Below are positions 35,668-47,600 of a stretch of DNA of 64,000 nucleotides, piece by piece. The stretch is from contig DF237103.1 of NCBI GenBank assembly GCA_000708835.1, forward strand, positions 1 to 64,000, given 5' to 3'. The DNA comes from Klebsormidium nitens. Its lineage: Eukaryota > Plantae > Klebsormidiophyceae. The notes beneath the pieces were generated by a model. The model saw only the letters and a list, made by a program, of their open reading frames with translations. It ran no database searches and was not told the DNA's origin. Each line of letters begins with the position of its first letter. The first letter of the stretch is position 1. A program made the position numbers and the translations under genes.

Positions 35668-38600
35668 TTACAATTCGGGGGTGATGTCTTTCTCCTTCAG
35701 GAACTCGGCTAGGTCCTTGCTGCTCTTGATCTCCTCGATGTCCTTCTTCAAGCCCTCCCTGCAAGAAAGCGCAACTTGCACTATTGGTATGAATCCACAA
35801 GCCTGAAAGGAACGCATCGCACACGCGATCGCTCTTGTAGCAGGGACATCTTTCTTGGGCCTATTGTTCTCTAGAACCCTAACCGAATGCTTATCAAGAT
35901 CCTGGAATCAGCACGTCTACTTTGGCAACTTGGAGGTGTGCGCATCGCTGTTTCGACGTTGTACATTCAAGCGGAGCAGATTGTGTTCGAGTCCGGATTT
36001 CTCATGAACTGGATATCCTCGTGCGCAAGCCTCGAAACGAGCCGTAAACAAGCTGCCAATGATCAGTCCTGCAAAGAACGCCACGCACAAGCACCGAAAA
36101 TGGCACAAGGGCTTCTAATCCGTGAAAAAGAATCCCAAACTTGCGCCTCAATAGACAATAGATATAAACAAACTACTTCTGCGCCAGGGGTCCTGAACTC
36201 CCCAGTTGCGAAATCTGTCAATGGTTTCTTGCGGTTGGAAATGTGAATGGATCCTACCAGCGTTCATCGTGACGTTTTGACACACGGGCGGGGAGGCGGA
36301 CTCACCGATTGCTGGCCCACAGCAGCGTGGAATAACTAAATGACGCCAGCGCAGCGAAGCCGACCGTCTCCAAAGCGCCGTCGACTGCAGGAACGAAAAC
36401 AAGATCGCTAACAGAGGTCTGCAGTAACGATGTGGGTTCTTTTGTCGAGTGTGCACCTGTTGGAAAGGAATTCCGTCTAGAACGGGAGTTCTGTGCGGAG
36501 GTTTTGAGGCGTCTCCGAAGGATGACACCCCCCTCATTCCTGGGCAGATTGTACTGTCAGTTTGAACGTTCCCTGGTTCTGGAACATTGACCAGATTCAT
36601 GTCGGTATCTTCTTTTTACTCATAGACGGTGAAGTACAGCTTGCATTTTCAGAGAGACGGCAGTGGGAATTGGATGCCAACAGCACTTTCTATTCGCTCC
36701 AGACCGATACTCGTATAGTAGTTATGGCAAGCGCCCTCTTGTTGAGCGAAAATTATGACGGCCCGGTATATTGCAAGAATTTACTTTCCAAGCGACCTAA
36801 GAGAACTGGATCGGGTCAAGAGAGATCTCGCGGTTTAGAAACGCGGACGTGAAAGCCAACAGTAAATCTGAAAGTATCAACTGCGAAGGCACGAGCTTAC
36901 GTCCAGTAGTAAACGCTCCAGCGGCCCCGACGCTCATGGCCACAGCGGGCAGCACGTTCTGGATCTTGGCGACGAGCTGCGCGCGCTCCTGCGGAAAGAG
37001 GACGGAATGGAAGTTGGAAAGCGGAACGGGGTCCCAGAGCGGAACGCAATCTCAGTACGTTTTGATAGATCTTATGCTCCAGAAATGTGCAAGTCTGCGG
37101 TTGGCTCAAAATATGGGGCATCTGACATCACAGGTCCGCAGCTCAGCGTTTCGCCTTCTGTCCACTAGCTGCCGAACCAAAGAGGAATGCGGAATTCCAG
37201 TACATCCTTAGCAGCTTCTTGATTTAGTGGACAGGACAATCCCGGAAACGTTCGGTGCGCCAGAATCCAAAGCACCTGACACACGCATGGTAAAAAAAAA
37301 TCGACAAGCAGGAGGAAAGGTCTCTGCTCCTGTCACACCCGTTGCGAGGGCGCTCTTACTCATCCACAGAGACCAGCTGAACGATCCAAAATCATGGGCA
37401 AAGGCCCGCCTCGATTCGAACGTCTTTGCATCGAAGAAACGCGTCCAAAGCTCCGCAAACAGGACATTGGAACCGATATTAAAGAGTTTTCACCTTATAT
37501 ATCGATATAGGATTTCTAGATAGGATGTAGGATAGGATCCCAGGATCGAACCGATATACAGAAATCCTATCTATCCTAGGATTGTACCGACATCGATTTA
37601 GAAACCCTATACCCTATTCTTATTTATAGATTTAAGGAAATAGAAGCGATATCGACATAGAATCGATATCGATAGACTTCTCACCTTTTTCGGCTTGGGC
37701 AGGGGCAGGTCCTCCACCAGGATCTTTCGCAGGATGTCCTGCGCCTCCTTGAGGTCGCTCCGACGCTTCGCATCGTCATCTGCAACACACAATGCGACGC
37801 TCAGAACCAAAGAGTTGCAGGAGAAACATGCGCGCCATGCCTGTAAATTACATCGAGACTCTACATTTTTGTTCGTTAGACAAAGGAGAGTCCCTTCTGA
37901 TTCTATAGAAGCTGCGCGAAGTGAAAATCGTTCTAAAGGCTGTATCAACGGAGAGAGAACCTAGATCTGCAGAGGTTGACGCAAGTTGCTGACGCAGACT
38001 CTTGTGTGCCCTCTGCTACCTGTTACCGTACTTCAGCAATGTGAAGCAACTAGGGATAGCTTGATCTCCTATCCTGCTTGAAGCAGACCAGAGAGAAGTC
38101 GTCAAACGCCATCTTGAAACGGGGAGCCTTTCAAACAAGCGGATTCTACTCAAGCACGTACAAACAAGCGGAATAAACGCCCAGGGAACGACTTCTTTGG
38201 CGGGGATTAAGAACCGCAAGTTCATGAAAAGTAGTCCTGAATATTTGTCATTGATATTGACCCGGCCCCGAGCCACAGTTGTATCGACGCCAATGTGAAG
38301 CCAAACCTGCTCATAGCATTAGGATTACATGGAGGAACATGGGATTTCCTAACTCGTGCACAACGAGATAACTGAGTTCAAGTTCCATGTTAACAAGCTC
38401 TCAGATAGCTCATACATGACTGAGTAAGCAGTCACCAGTTTCCGCAGTCTTGGTCGCCTCGCTCACGGCCGGCGGCGCTGCCGAGCTCTTGAAAACCGGC
38501 AGCGGCGGCGTCGGTCTGGCCACCGAAAGAGGCGCCCTCTCGCTCACAACCGGAGGCAGAGGCGTCTCCCTAACCACTGGAAGCGTAACCTGCTCCTCAG

Positions 38601-41600
38601 CAACCGCGGGGACCGAGGCGCCAGGCGGTTGGTCGTTCTTGCCCCTGAACCAGCTGAAAGGTCGTCCGCTTTTAGCATCGCCTTCGGGCGGCTTTGCGGA
38701 CTCTGCCGGGGTCGTCGGAGTCTGAGAGTTGACGTCAGAGGCTTTGCCCCCGGTTTGCTGGCCCAGGCCGCTGCCAATGGAACCGGTCGGGGTTTGGGAG
38801 AGAACCCCCGAGGACTGAGTCGTTGCTGGGGAAGGGTTAACCGACGAGGGTTTGGCGTTAACCGAACCAGTCGCGGAGGACGTCGGGGTTCGACTGGTGA
38901 CGTCAACGCTCCCAGAAGCAGCAGGGATGGCCGGCGTGTCGGACCCGTCGAGCGGCTTGGTCGGTGTCTGGGAAAGGACGCCAGCGTTACCTCCGCCCCG
39001 TATCCAGGGAAGGGCATTGAAGAAGTTGTTATTATCGCTGGGGTTTGGGGTTGCGGCGGGCTTCGAGGTTTCCACGGGCTTCGATGCTTGCACCGGTTTT
39101 GTCGCCTGCGCCGCATTTGGCGCTTGCGCGGCAGCGTTCGCGACCGGTTTCGTGGGGGTCTTGCTGATGGCGTCAGACCCGCCCGCCTTTGCGGTCAGCA
39201 TCTGCGGGGATCCCCCCAGCGGCTGCGCCGGGGTTTTGGAGACGGCGTCACTCTTGGTGCTGCTCGCGGCGAGCATCTTGGCGCCGGGGCCGTCCTGGGG
39301 GGTGGTGGGAGTGCTGGAGATGACGTCAGCAGATGCGCTGGAGCCGTTTCTCTGCCAATGGAGGAGATAATGTTGGTTCGATGCATTAGGACGAGCAGAG
39401 AGCGGAACTTCATTCAAGCTTTTATGAGACGACAACTGCTCATTTCTAACATGAGCTTTTTGTAATCTGTACCGTTTCTGGGAGCTCTACCCACGTCCTT
39501 CGAATCTGTTTGACCCGAATACGTGCGCAGCTTTCCACATCTTAAAGGTGCTCAGCCATCCTGCTTTGATGCAGAAACTTGGGGATGTCGAGGCTCAAAG
39601 GATTCGACGGAGCTTCAAGCAAAAACGGCAAAACGTTTACCATTTCCATTACAAATACATCCTCCGTAAACACACCGGGACCTCATTGTCGGAATACGTA
39701 TTCCAGAAGGAACGTTTGAGATTGCACATGTAAGGAAGACTGACACGCTTACCTCGCGGCTGGCAGCCACACTCTTCTTGCTCGCTTGCATGACGCTGGA
39801 GAGCTCAGACATCAGACTCGCCACATCATCACTTCCCCGTGAGGGCCCCCTCCCCGACGCCTGATCCGCCCGGGGCTTCTCTCCCTGCTTCAGAAGCTTG
39901 GACAGCCCCTCAATCTCAGACGAAAGCTCGCCCGAGCCCCTCCCAAAGTTCGGCGACTTCTGTGCCCCTGACAGGACAGAGTCGGCAGAGTTCACTTGGA
40001 GCGGCGTCTTGGGCGCCGTAACGCTCGCGCCGTTCTCTGGCTTCTGCGTTACGCCCCTCAGGACTGCATCCGCAGAGTTTGCTTTCAGGGGGGAGACGCT
40101 GCCGGCTGCTGGCTTCGACCCTGCTGCCCCCTGTTCCGTCTCGCTCGGGTTGCCCACCGACTCCGTGACCAAGCTCTCCAGTTTCTTAGGGTCGGCACCC
40201 TCGACACCGCTTGCGACTGTCTCCTGCTTCTTGGGCCACTGCCATCCCCCCCCGGTACTCGGCGCCGGAGTCTCGTTCTTCTCAGGAAGAGGTTTTGCGC
40301 TCAGTTTGGCTTTAGGATCGCCCACAGCGCTCTTGACAAGCTGCTCGTTCCCCTTAGTCGGGGCACCCTTAACCCCGCTGATAACCGTCTTGCTGACCCC
40401 GGCCTTGAGGCTGTCCCCCGAGCCACTGCGCCCGGAGCTCCCGTCCTCCCGCGCCCCCCCGTTTGCAGGCTGCGTTTTGACCCCCCCAGAAGACTTCAGG
40501 CTGTCCCCTGTGCCATTCCGCCCGGTGCTCCCTTCCACCCGCTTCTCCGCCTCCTTGACCAGGCCCTTGATCGTCTTCTTCCCCGCGTCTGGTTCTTCCT
40601 TGGCCTCCTTCTTGACCTGCGCAAACTTGTCGTCTGCCCGCTTCACGTTCTCCACTCTCTTCCGCAGGTCCGCCAGCGACTCCTGCGCCCTCTTCTTGGC
40701 CTCGTCATTCGCATCCGTTGCTACGCTCCCCGCCTGCCTCACTTTGTAACTCGCGTCCGCCCTCGCGCTCTTCAGCGCCGAGTACTGCCCCCCGCTCTTC
40801 GCCACGCCGCTGGGCCCTGTCCCCGGCGGACTGTTCCCGTACGCACTGTTCACCGCCCCAGTCTGCGGCGCCTTCTTCCTGAAAAGGGCCCACAGGAGCG
40901 CGAGAACCAGCAGGACAGCCGCGGCGAATGCGGTGAACCTCTGAGGAGAGCCGCCGACACTCGGGGGCAGGGCCTTCCGCACACTGGTCACGACTCTGCG
41001 GGGAGCGGATTCGGTGGACGCCGCGGCGTCGGCTTTCATCTGGAGGCGCGCCGCGCGGGAGATGCTGATGGGGTCGATGTCGACACGGGGATCCACCCAC
41101 TCGACCTCGGAGAGCCATAATTCCATCTCCTCGGGCTCGAGGATGCCGACGGGGCCTGAATAGATGCAGCGTGCAGGTTAGGCATTTGAAGTTCTTGACA
41201 TCAGACCAAGAAGTAGGTCCGCAGAGTTTGTAGTTAGGAGTGTCAGGCGCTTGACATTCATCCTTTGTTGCTGACCAATGTAGCACTTGAAGCCCACTGA
41301 GAACCTGTGACATTTGCAGCGCCTGACAGTAGGGCGTGCAAGTAGTGTACCCGCAAAACACTACAGCCAGAGTCAATAAACAGCACCTTGATGGTTTTAA
41401 GCTAGCAATACAGAAGCCCTTGTGACAGATATCATCGTGGACTCCATGCATAGTGAAACGTAAACGGAAGCCACAGTAGACCAGGAACGCTCAAGCAGAC
41501 CCGTAACTATTTGATACCTCAACCATTGTTGAACGCTTCATGAAGCCGATTTGATAACGTGGCCCGTCCATACCCCTTGAAGCCCGGCAGTCATTCACAA

Positions 41601-43178
41601 CAATTCATCGGAGAGTCCAGCTTGTGCGACAGGGCCAGCAAGCGCAGACCTGTGCAGACCCCTCAACGCACCTATGCCAAAGGAAACTCCTGCTACTATC
41701 TTGTCAAATCGTGTAGTGACAAAGACATCTTACCCTGTTCATGAGAGGGGGAGTGCTTACCCGCTTCGGTTATCAGGCCCTCCGATGCAGTTGGAGGCGG
41801 CAGGCCCGCCCGCCTTGCCACAACGGACACAGTTGCAAAGGGGGGGGTGCTCTCTTGGAACCCATGGCCGGTCCTCTCAAGAAGGATGTGACCGTTAGGG
41901 GAGAAGCGCTGCACTGCCTGGAAGCGCACACTCTCCTGCAGAATCCATAGTAAGGGCTGGCTGAGGCAAGACAAATACTTCCTGGTTTGCAAAGCCTACC
42001 TTTTGCTGAAACATCTACCACATGAAATGAATGGTATTGTTGTATGGTGGACGAAGGCACTTGCCTAGCCCGTCGCCCTCGAAAATTCATTAGGCTGCTT
42101 TGCGTGGTAACAACTTGCTCAACTCGAATGAGTGCAGCTAACTTGAAGAATGAGGACAGATTTTCACACAGTTTGTGGTGTCCTTTGGCAAATGTGGCTT
42201 TTCCTGGCCAACAAAAAGAGCTCTAACTTGAAGGACTGAGGTAAAGCAAGGATTAAGGTGTGACTTTCCGTCTACTTAATGTTGGTAATTCATCCGGAAC
42301 ACCGTCAACAAGGTGAAACCTGTGCCTAACCCTTTTTGCATTATGGAATGCACCAGCAGTGAATCTGCACGAATCTACTGCCAAAGGAAACAAGGGGCAT
42401 CTATCATTTGTGGGGTTCCTCAAAGACCGCATGGACATCATGTCTTCTTCCAGTACAGCCATCTAAGATGGATTCAAGGGATTGAAGCAGAAATAACAGT
42501 TCTACCATAAGCATTTGGTGTTATCGCATGCAAAATATCAAGCGTAGTTGGCTACTATGGTGGAATGCAGAGACTGAATGCTTTAGAAGGAAGATAGTGT
42601 TTTCGTCAAGCATTGGAACACCAGTTGAAATAACAAAGTCTTCCCGCATACCATTCCATGAGCTGCCAGCTATCTTACCAATGCCTACAGATTGTAAGCA
42701 CGTTAAGGTCCGGAATATCGCAGTGAACGCTGTCCCGTACAACCATATGTCAAGTTTTGTCCCCTCGCTAAAGAGCAGGAGGCACTTAAAGGTCTGAGTT
42801 GACAGACTGTCAGCATTGCTGTAGCAGTTCCTGTGCATCCAGGATGCACTCATATATGCACTGGAGATGAGGTTGGAAGCACCTAACTCGGTGCATGCGG
42901 CATTTGATTAATCAGACCCTCAGCCGCTTTTGTCAGGCCAGCCACCTTACCCGAGATTCCCGTGCATTGACCTGAATGCTGCCAGAAGCACGTCTCTGGC
43001 CGAACCTGGTTCTGCTGTTCACTCCTGACAGGTAAGACTTGCGTCTTGGAAGTCCCAAGTCATATGAGACAGAGAATGTTGCGTCATTGCTTTGTGACAA
43101 AGAGGACTGCGTTGCACGGATGGAATGGCAGCAAGATACGCTGGGAGTCTTGGACACGGCTCCGATTGCTGCCGCCAT
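35668..43178 (-). CDS. Large plastid-targeted, low-complexity protein with one internal TM segment and a C-terminal CURT1/CAAD-like domain, ~1,020 aa, 8 exons (minimum model)
   Basis: Phase-consistent exons 43178-42951, 41935-41761, 41155-39753, 39351-38436, 37779-37685, 36988-36901, 36384-36306, 35758-35668 (3075 nt). S/T/R-rich N-terminus MAAAIGAVSKTPSVS..; TM FTAFAAAVLLVLALLWALF. C-terminal LDGALETVGFAALASFSYSTLLWASNREGLKKDIEEIK matches the CURT1 pattern LPKVMELVGLGYTGWFVYRYLLFKSSRKELAEDIESLK. Extra small exons in intron 1 cannot be excluded. Confidence 0.75.
37495..37680. repeat. AT-rich GATA/TATC palindromic tract in an intron
   Basis: tatatcgatata (~37497), ataggatttct...agaaatcctat inverted pair (~37505/37560), atcgatatcgat (~37663). 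Confidence 0.55.
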
Positions 43179-44641
43179 ACTGCGTAAGTGTACACTGCGA
43201 CTGCACAGGCTTTGTCAGACTAATCTCACTGCCAAGCTGCGGCAGTTCTCTCTCTTGCTGCTTACCAAATGCCGAACAGTCTGAGCTCAAATGCAGCTTT
43301 AAACACCACTGTATCCACACATGAGGCCCTCAAGACCTTGCATACAAAGAGCATCCCCTCCTGAGTCCTCCCAACACCTTTCCAACGGTGCACGCCCTTA
43401 AAACGCTTCCATTTGATGGTGACAGGCTGCTCCACCTCCTCGCACAAGAAGGTTCCTTGCAGCTTGCTGGGCAGATTGGGATTCATTCAGCGGTACGTGA
43501 CTCCTGTGCAGAGAGCTCAAGAGCAGATCTAGAGCCGGAGCTTCCGTTTTCACGGTCGATCGTGGCAGCCAATCAAAGATCACCAACATCTGCATTGCCA
43601 ACCGCTGGATGAACGGCAATATCCACTTTTCAGGTCTAATGGACGGCTGGACTTCCATAAAATTCGCTACAGTTGTCACGCGCGCACAACATCATGCTGC
43701 AAAACTCTGATCGACAGGGCTCACCAAATTCCCCTAGGAATTCCTACCTACCTATTAGGCTACGACAGTATCCTAACAAAGCTCGCAGCTCGATACAGGC
43801 TCCTTCTTCCCCCAGGCTCTGAATCTGACTTGCCGTATTCTTGAATCTACAAGCGCAGGTAGAGCTGGAGCTAGAGCAGGTGGAACCGCAGTAGGAACGC
43901 CGTCAGAGCTGCGTAGTTGTCCTTTTTGCTCCCTTTTTGATTCCGATCACGAGGACAGATATATAGAGGTGGATTGCCAGCTTCTTGAACGCAAGAAATG
44001 CACACATGTCGACCACGTCGTCGACTAACCAATAAAGAACTGCTGGCCAGCTATGGTCCTATCCAGATACCCTGCATAGACCATCGCAGATTTACGATTT
44101 ATTTCATACTCATATCAATCTTGGTCGGTTCTACAGTTGAGAGCTTGTAGCCAGGACCGAATTCCCCATGACTGCCAGAGAAGATTCAAAACGAAGCTGC
44201 GACACAGAAACGAAGCAGCTAACTGTACACTTTTCAAGTGGTTTTTGTTTATTGAGCTATACAAGCGCATTTGGCTGCCTTGAAGCGGGGCACAATACGG
44301 TGGACCTCAAAACACAACTAGCTCAGCTCTGGAAAAATTATCTTGAATTTGTGGCAGCTCGGTAGCCTGCTGTAAGGGGCCGCAAAGAGGTTCATCACAG
44401 ACAAGCAACAAGGCCACACAAGTGACCTCCATCTTCAGGCAACGCAGATAGCTCGGATCCTGCTCCGCAATGCGTCAATTTCACCAGCATCAGCCAGATG
44501 GCTTTAAGTGCCCTGTTGCCAATGGCGCTATTTTGGCATGAGCCATCAAGAACGGTCATAAATCACTATCACTGAGCTCCTAGCTTGCATCAAATCACCA
44601 CCAAAAGCCGAGAGCTCCAGTGGTCAATCTGAGCAATAAGA

Positions 44642-47600
44642 ATGGAGCTCTTCTCAGAAGGCCAGGATGCAAGGCTGGCAAGCGACAACATCGTGGTGGC
44701 GGTGCGGGTGCGACCACTTTCCCAGGACGAGATCTTGCAGGGCGAGACGAATACAGTGCGCGTGGGGGAGGATGGCCGGGCCATGTCTGTGGTCGAACCG
44801 GGGCTTGGGGGGCACAACATGATCAGGAACTTTCAGGTGCGCTTTTACCACAGCTGAAGAAGTTCAAGGGCAGCGGTTTGCCCCGAAGGCGTTGATACAA
44901 GGGGTACAAGAGGACCTGCCCTTCGGACGGTTGGTGTTCCGTCCGTAGTAATTAGTGCTTGAACAGTACAGAGCTCGCAAAAGACTGACATTAAAGGGTG
45001 AATCATACCGTCCTTGTATTTCAAGTAGAGGTACTGGATAAACATGCCGCACCTGGGGCCAGATCCCATCCTTCCACTTACTGTCTTCGGCAGCCACACC
45101 TTTTTAAGACAGCAGCCACTTTGACCTAAGCCGGAAATCTATCATTGAAAGCACCAATTCTAGATGTGGGTCGATCCCAAAGTGAGATTCCAATTATACT
45201 CTGTACAGTGACTGAGTAATTCTAGCACGTCGATCACACCTGGTGCCCCACTAGCTGGAGCAGAGGTGTGCATGCGTGTATCTGGCTCGCAGCTTGAGGG
45301 TGAGACCCTAGCGGTTTCCCGTTTGCGCAGACTTTTATTATAAGACGCCACCACTACCTTCCAACATCAATCGTTTCTTCTTTCCTTGCTCTACCTCTTC
45401 AGTTCAACGCTTGTCTGGGGCCGGGCGCACGCCAGCAGGACGTGTTCCAGCAGTGCGGTGTGAGAAGGCTCCTCGACTCCGCGCTTCAGGGCTACAACTG
45501 CACCATTTTTGCATACGGCCAGACGGGGAGCGGCAAGTCGTATACAATGTCTGGCAAGGAGGAGGTACGCTTCTCTACTGTTCCTGCTTTTTTGTTTCGC
45601 TTTAAGTGGTGGCAATAATGAGGTCCAGTTGGGTGTCTATAATCGAGCATTCTGGGTAAAAAGGGCTCTAGCACGTGGTGAATAGCGTGGGGGATCGAAC
45701 TTAAGGCAACACTGTGTTCCAGAAGCATTTGACCCTGATTTGAAAACCCTTGTGTGCGGCGCAAGATTGCGCGCATGTGCCCCAGTGGCGTTGAGCCCAC
45801 TGCTCCTTCGGTTGTACGTGTGGCAGGTCATTGGGTGTCTCTGGCGGGACACATGTTTCGCGTTTGAGACGACACTTACAAAGTACGTGCAGCGGCGCAG
45901 TCGAAACTGACAATCTTCTTGTTTGGAGAAAGAAGCAAGCGATTCGAATCCCTCACGGCTCATTTACGCGAGGAAGTGCAGCCCAACATCAATAACTGGA
46001 AATTCTTGTGCGGAATGAATAAGTAGGGGGGTAAACCGAAGCCAATCGTTCGCTTGCACCCTTCCCCCCCCAGGTGGTAGAGCGCATCAGCTACGATGGG
46101 CACGAGGAAGATGGCCTCATTTCCCGCTCCATGAACTACCTCTTCGATTGTTTGGACGGCTTTCGGGCGTCCGGCCAAAAGGGCTTCCTCATGAAGGCCT
46201 CCTATCTGGAGATCTACAACGAGCAGGTGAGCGACTGCCACGTGGCATCTGTTGACATAAAGACACCGATTGCGTGAGTCCCTGACTCACTTTCGCAACC
46301 AGGATACCTTGAACTCTGCATTCTGACCGCTCCTGTCAGCTTAAAACGAAGCGGGACTTTCAAAGTGCAACGTTCGCATTTCAGTACGATAAAGGAAAAA
46401 AGCCGCAGATTTCATCGCTTTCCTTCCCACGGAGTAAGGCAAGCGTCAACCCGAATAAGTCTCATTGCGGTTCACCTGCTTCACGTTTCTGATATGGACC
46501 CGCTACCCAGTGGAAGGATCTGTTGTGGACTACTTCGAACACCAAGTGATAGATGGAATGTAGCTTTGCTTGGATCACCAAACTGGCCACGTCCAAGTCT
46601 CCTGAACTTCATCGACGTTCGTTTTCTCAAGAGCCAAATTCGAAAGTAGGGACTGTGAGTTCAAAACTGCTGCTGCAGACTGCTACAGACTGCTGACTGC
46701 TGACTCTGCTCATGACGCACGACTGCAGTCAGGAAACTGCTGGAGGAATGCCGTTTGCCTGACGGGTCTGGAGCCGTCAAGTGCCGTGCCGTCCCAATTC
46801 TAGCACAGGGCAGAAAAAGAACTCACAATCGTCATGCGTAAGGGTCGAGTGCCCAGTACATTGCACCAGTAACCAATCACGGCCTACACTTTTCAAGGAG
46901 GGTTATCCTGACTCTGATTCTTGACTATCCAGGTGAACGATCTAGTGCGAAAGGGCCCCGAGCAGGGGTGGAGGTCAAGTGAGAAATCCCCACAGAAGGT
47001 TTCACCGCAGTTGTGTTGGGAGCGTCATATTCTGAACACTTTGTTCGGCACAGTGGAATGATCAGTTGCGGGAGGGCCCCGAACAGCGGGTGTAGGTCAA
47101 ATGGCAAGAACGCTCCCCGAAAGATCATAGCAGGTGGATCTTTTCACGAAGATTCGTATTTGGCACAGGTGAATGATCTGTTGCGGGAGGGCCCCGAACA
47201 GCGCGTGGAGGTCAAGTGGAGCGACCGGGAGGGGTTCTACGCGGAGGGCCTGCTCATCGTGGACTGCGAGACGCGGGATGACGTGTGCTCCGTCATGTCG
47301 GAGGGGGCGCGCAACCGCAAGGTGGGTTAACCTGTCGGAAGGCAGGTTCGTTGAGTTATAATCGTGTGGTTGGCTGACTTGCTGTCGCAAAGAAATTCAG
47401 GCCGACCGGGACGGGTAAGTTTAAACTATCTTCCAGTTGGTCGAGGCCCCGCGCCCTCGAAAACTTGCAACTCCCCAGCTCGTCCAGTGGACGCCTTGAC
47501 CGGTGTCTTCGTCTCCTTCGTTCACGATCTTCAAAGTTCCTGAAGCCCTCAATACTTCAATTCTCTTTTGAGCAGATGGCTTCTTTATTAGGCGAAACAG

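Noticed and set aside
37531-37560. GGTTCGATCC B-box / tRNA T-arm on the minus strand
   Set aside because: No T-stem, acceptor stem, A-box or cloverleaf; it lies in a low-complexity GATC-rich tract.
38450-41451. Long overlapping antisense and alternate-frame ORFs (e.g. 38629..39465+, 39898..40749+, 39996..41120+)
   Set aside because: Expected shadows of GC-rich, low-complexity coding exons on the minus strand.
42071-42085. 15-nt match (cgtcgccctcgaaaa) to the SDR1 repeat unit 17 kb away
   Set aside because: A few 15-mer matches are expected by chance in an all-against-all comparison of 64 kb.
41936-42950. Coding-looking fragments in intron 1 of the CURT1-like gene (ORFs 42521..42853 and 42253..42462) and ORF 43262..43486 upstream
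   Set aside because: I could not chain them in a stop-free, phase-consistent way, and exon 1 joins exon 2 directly in frame; left unassigned.
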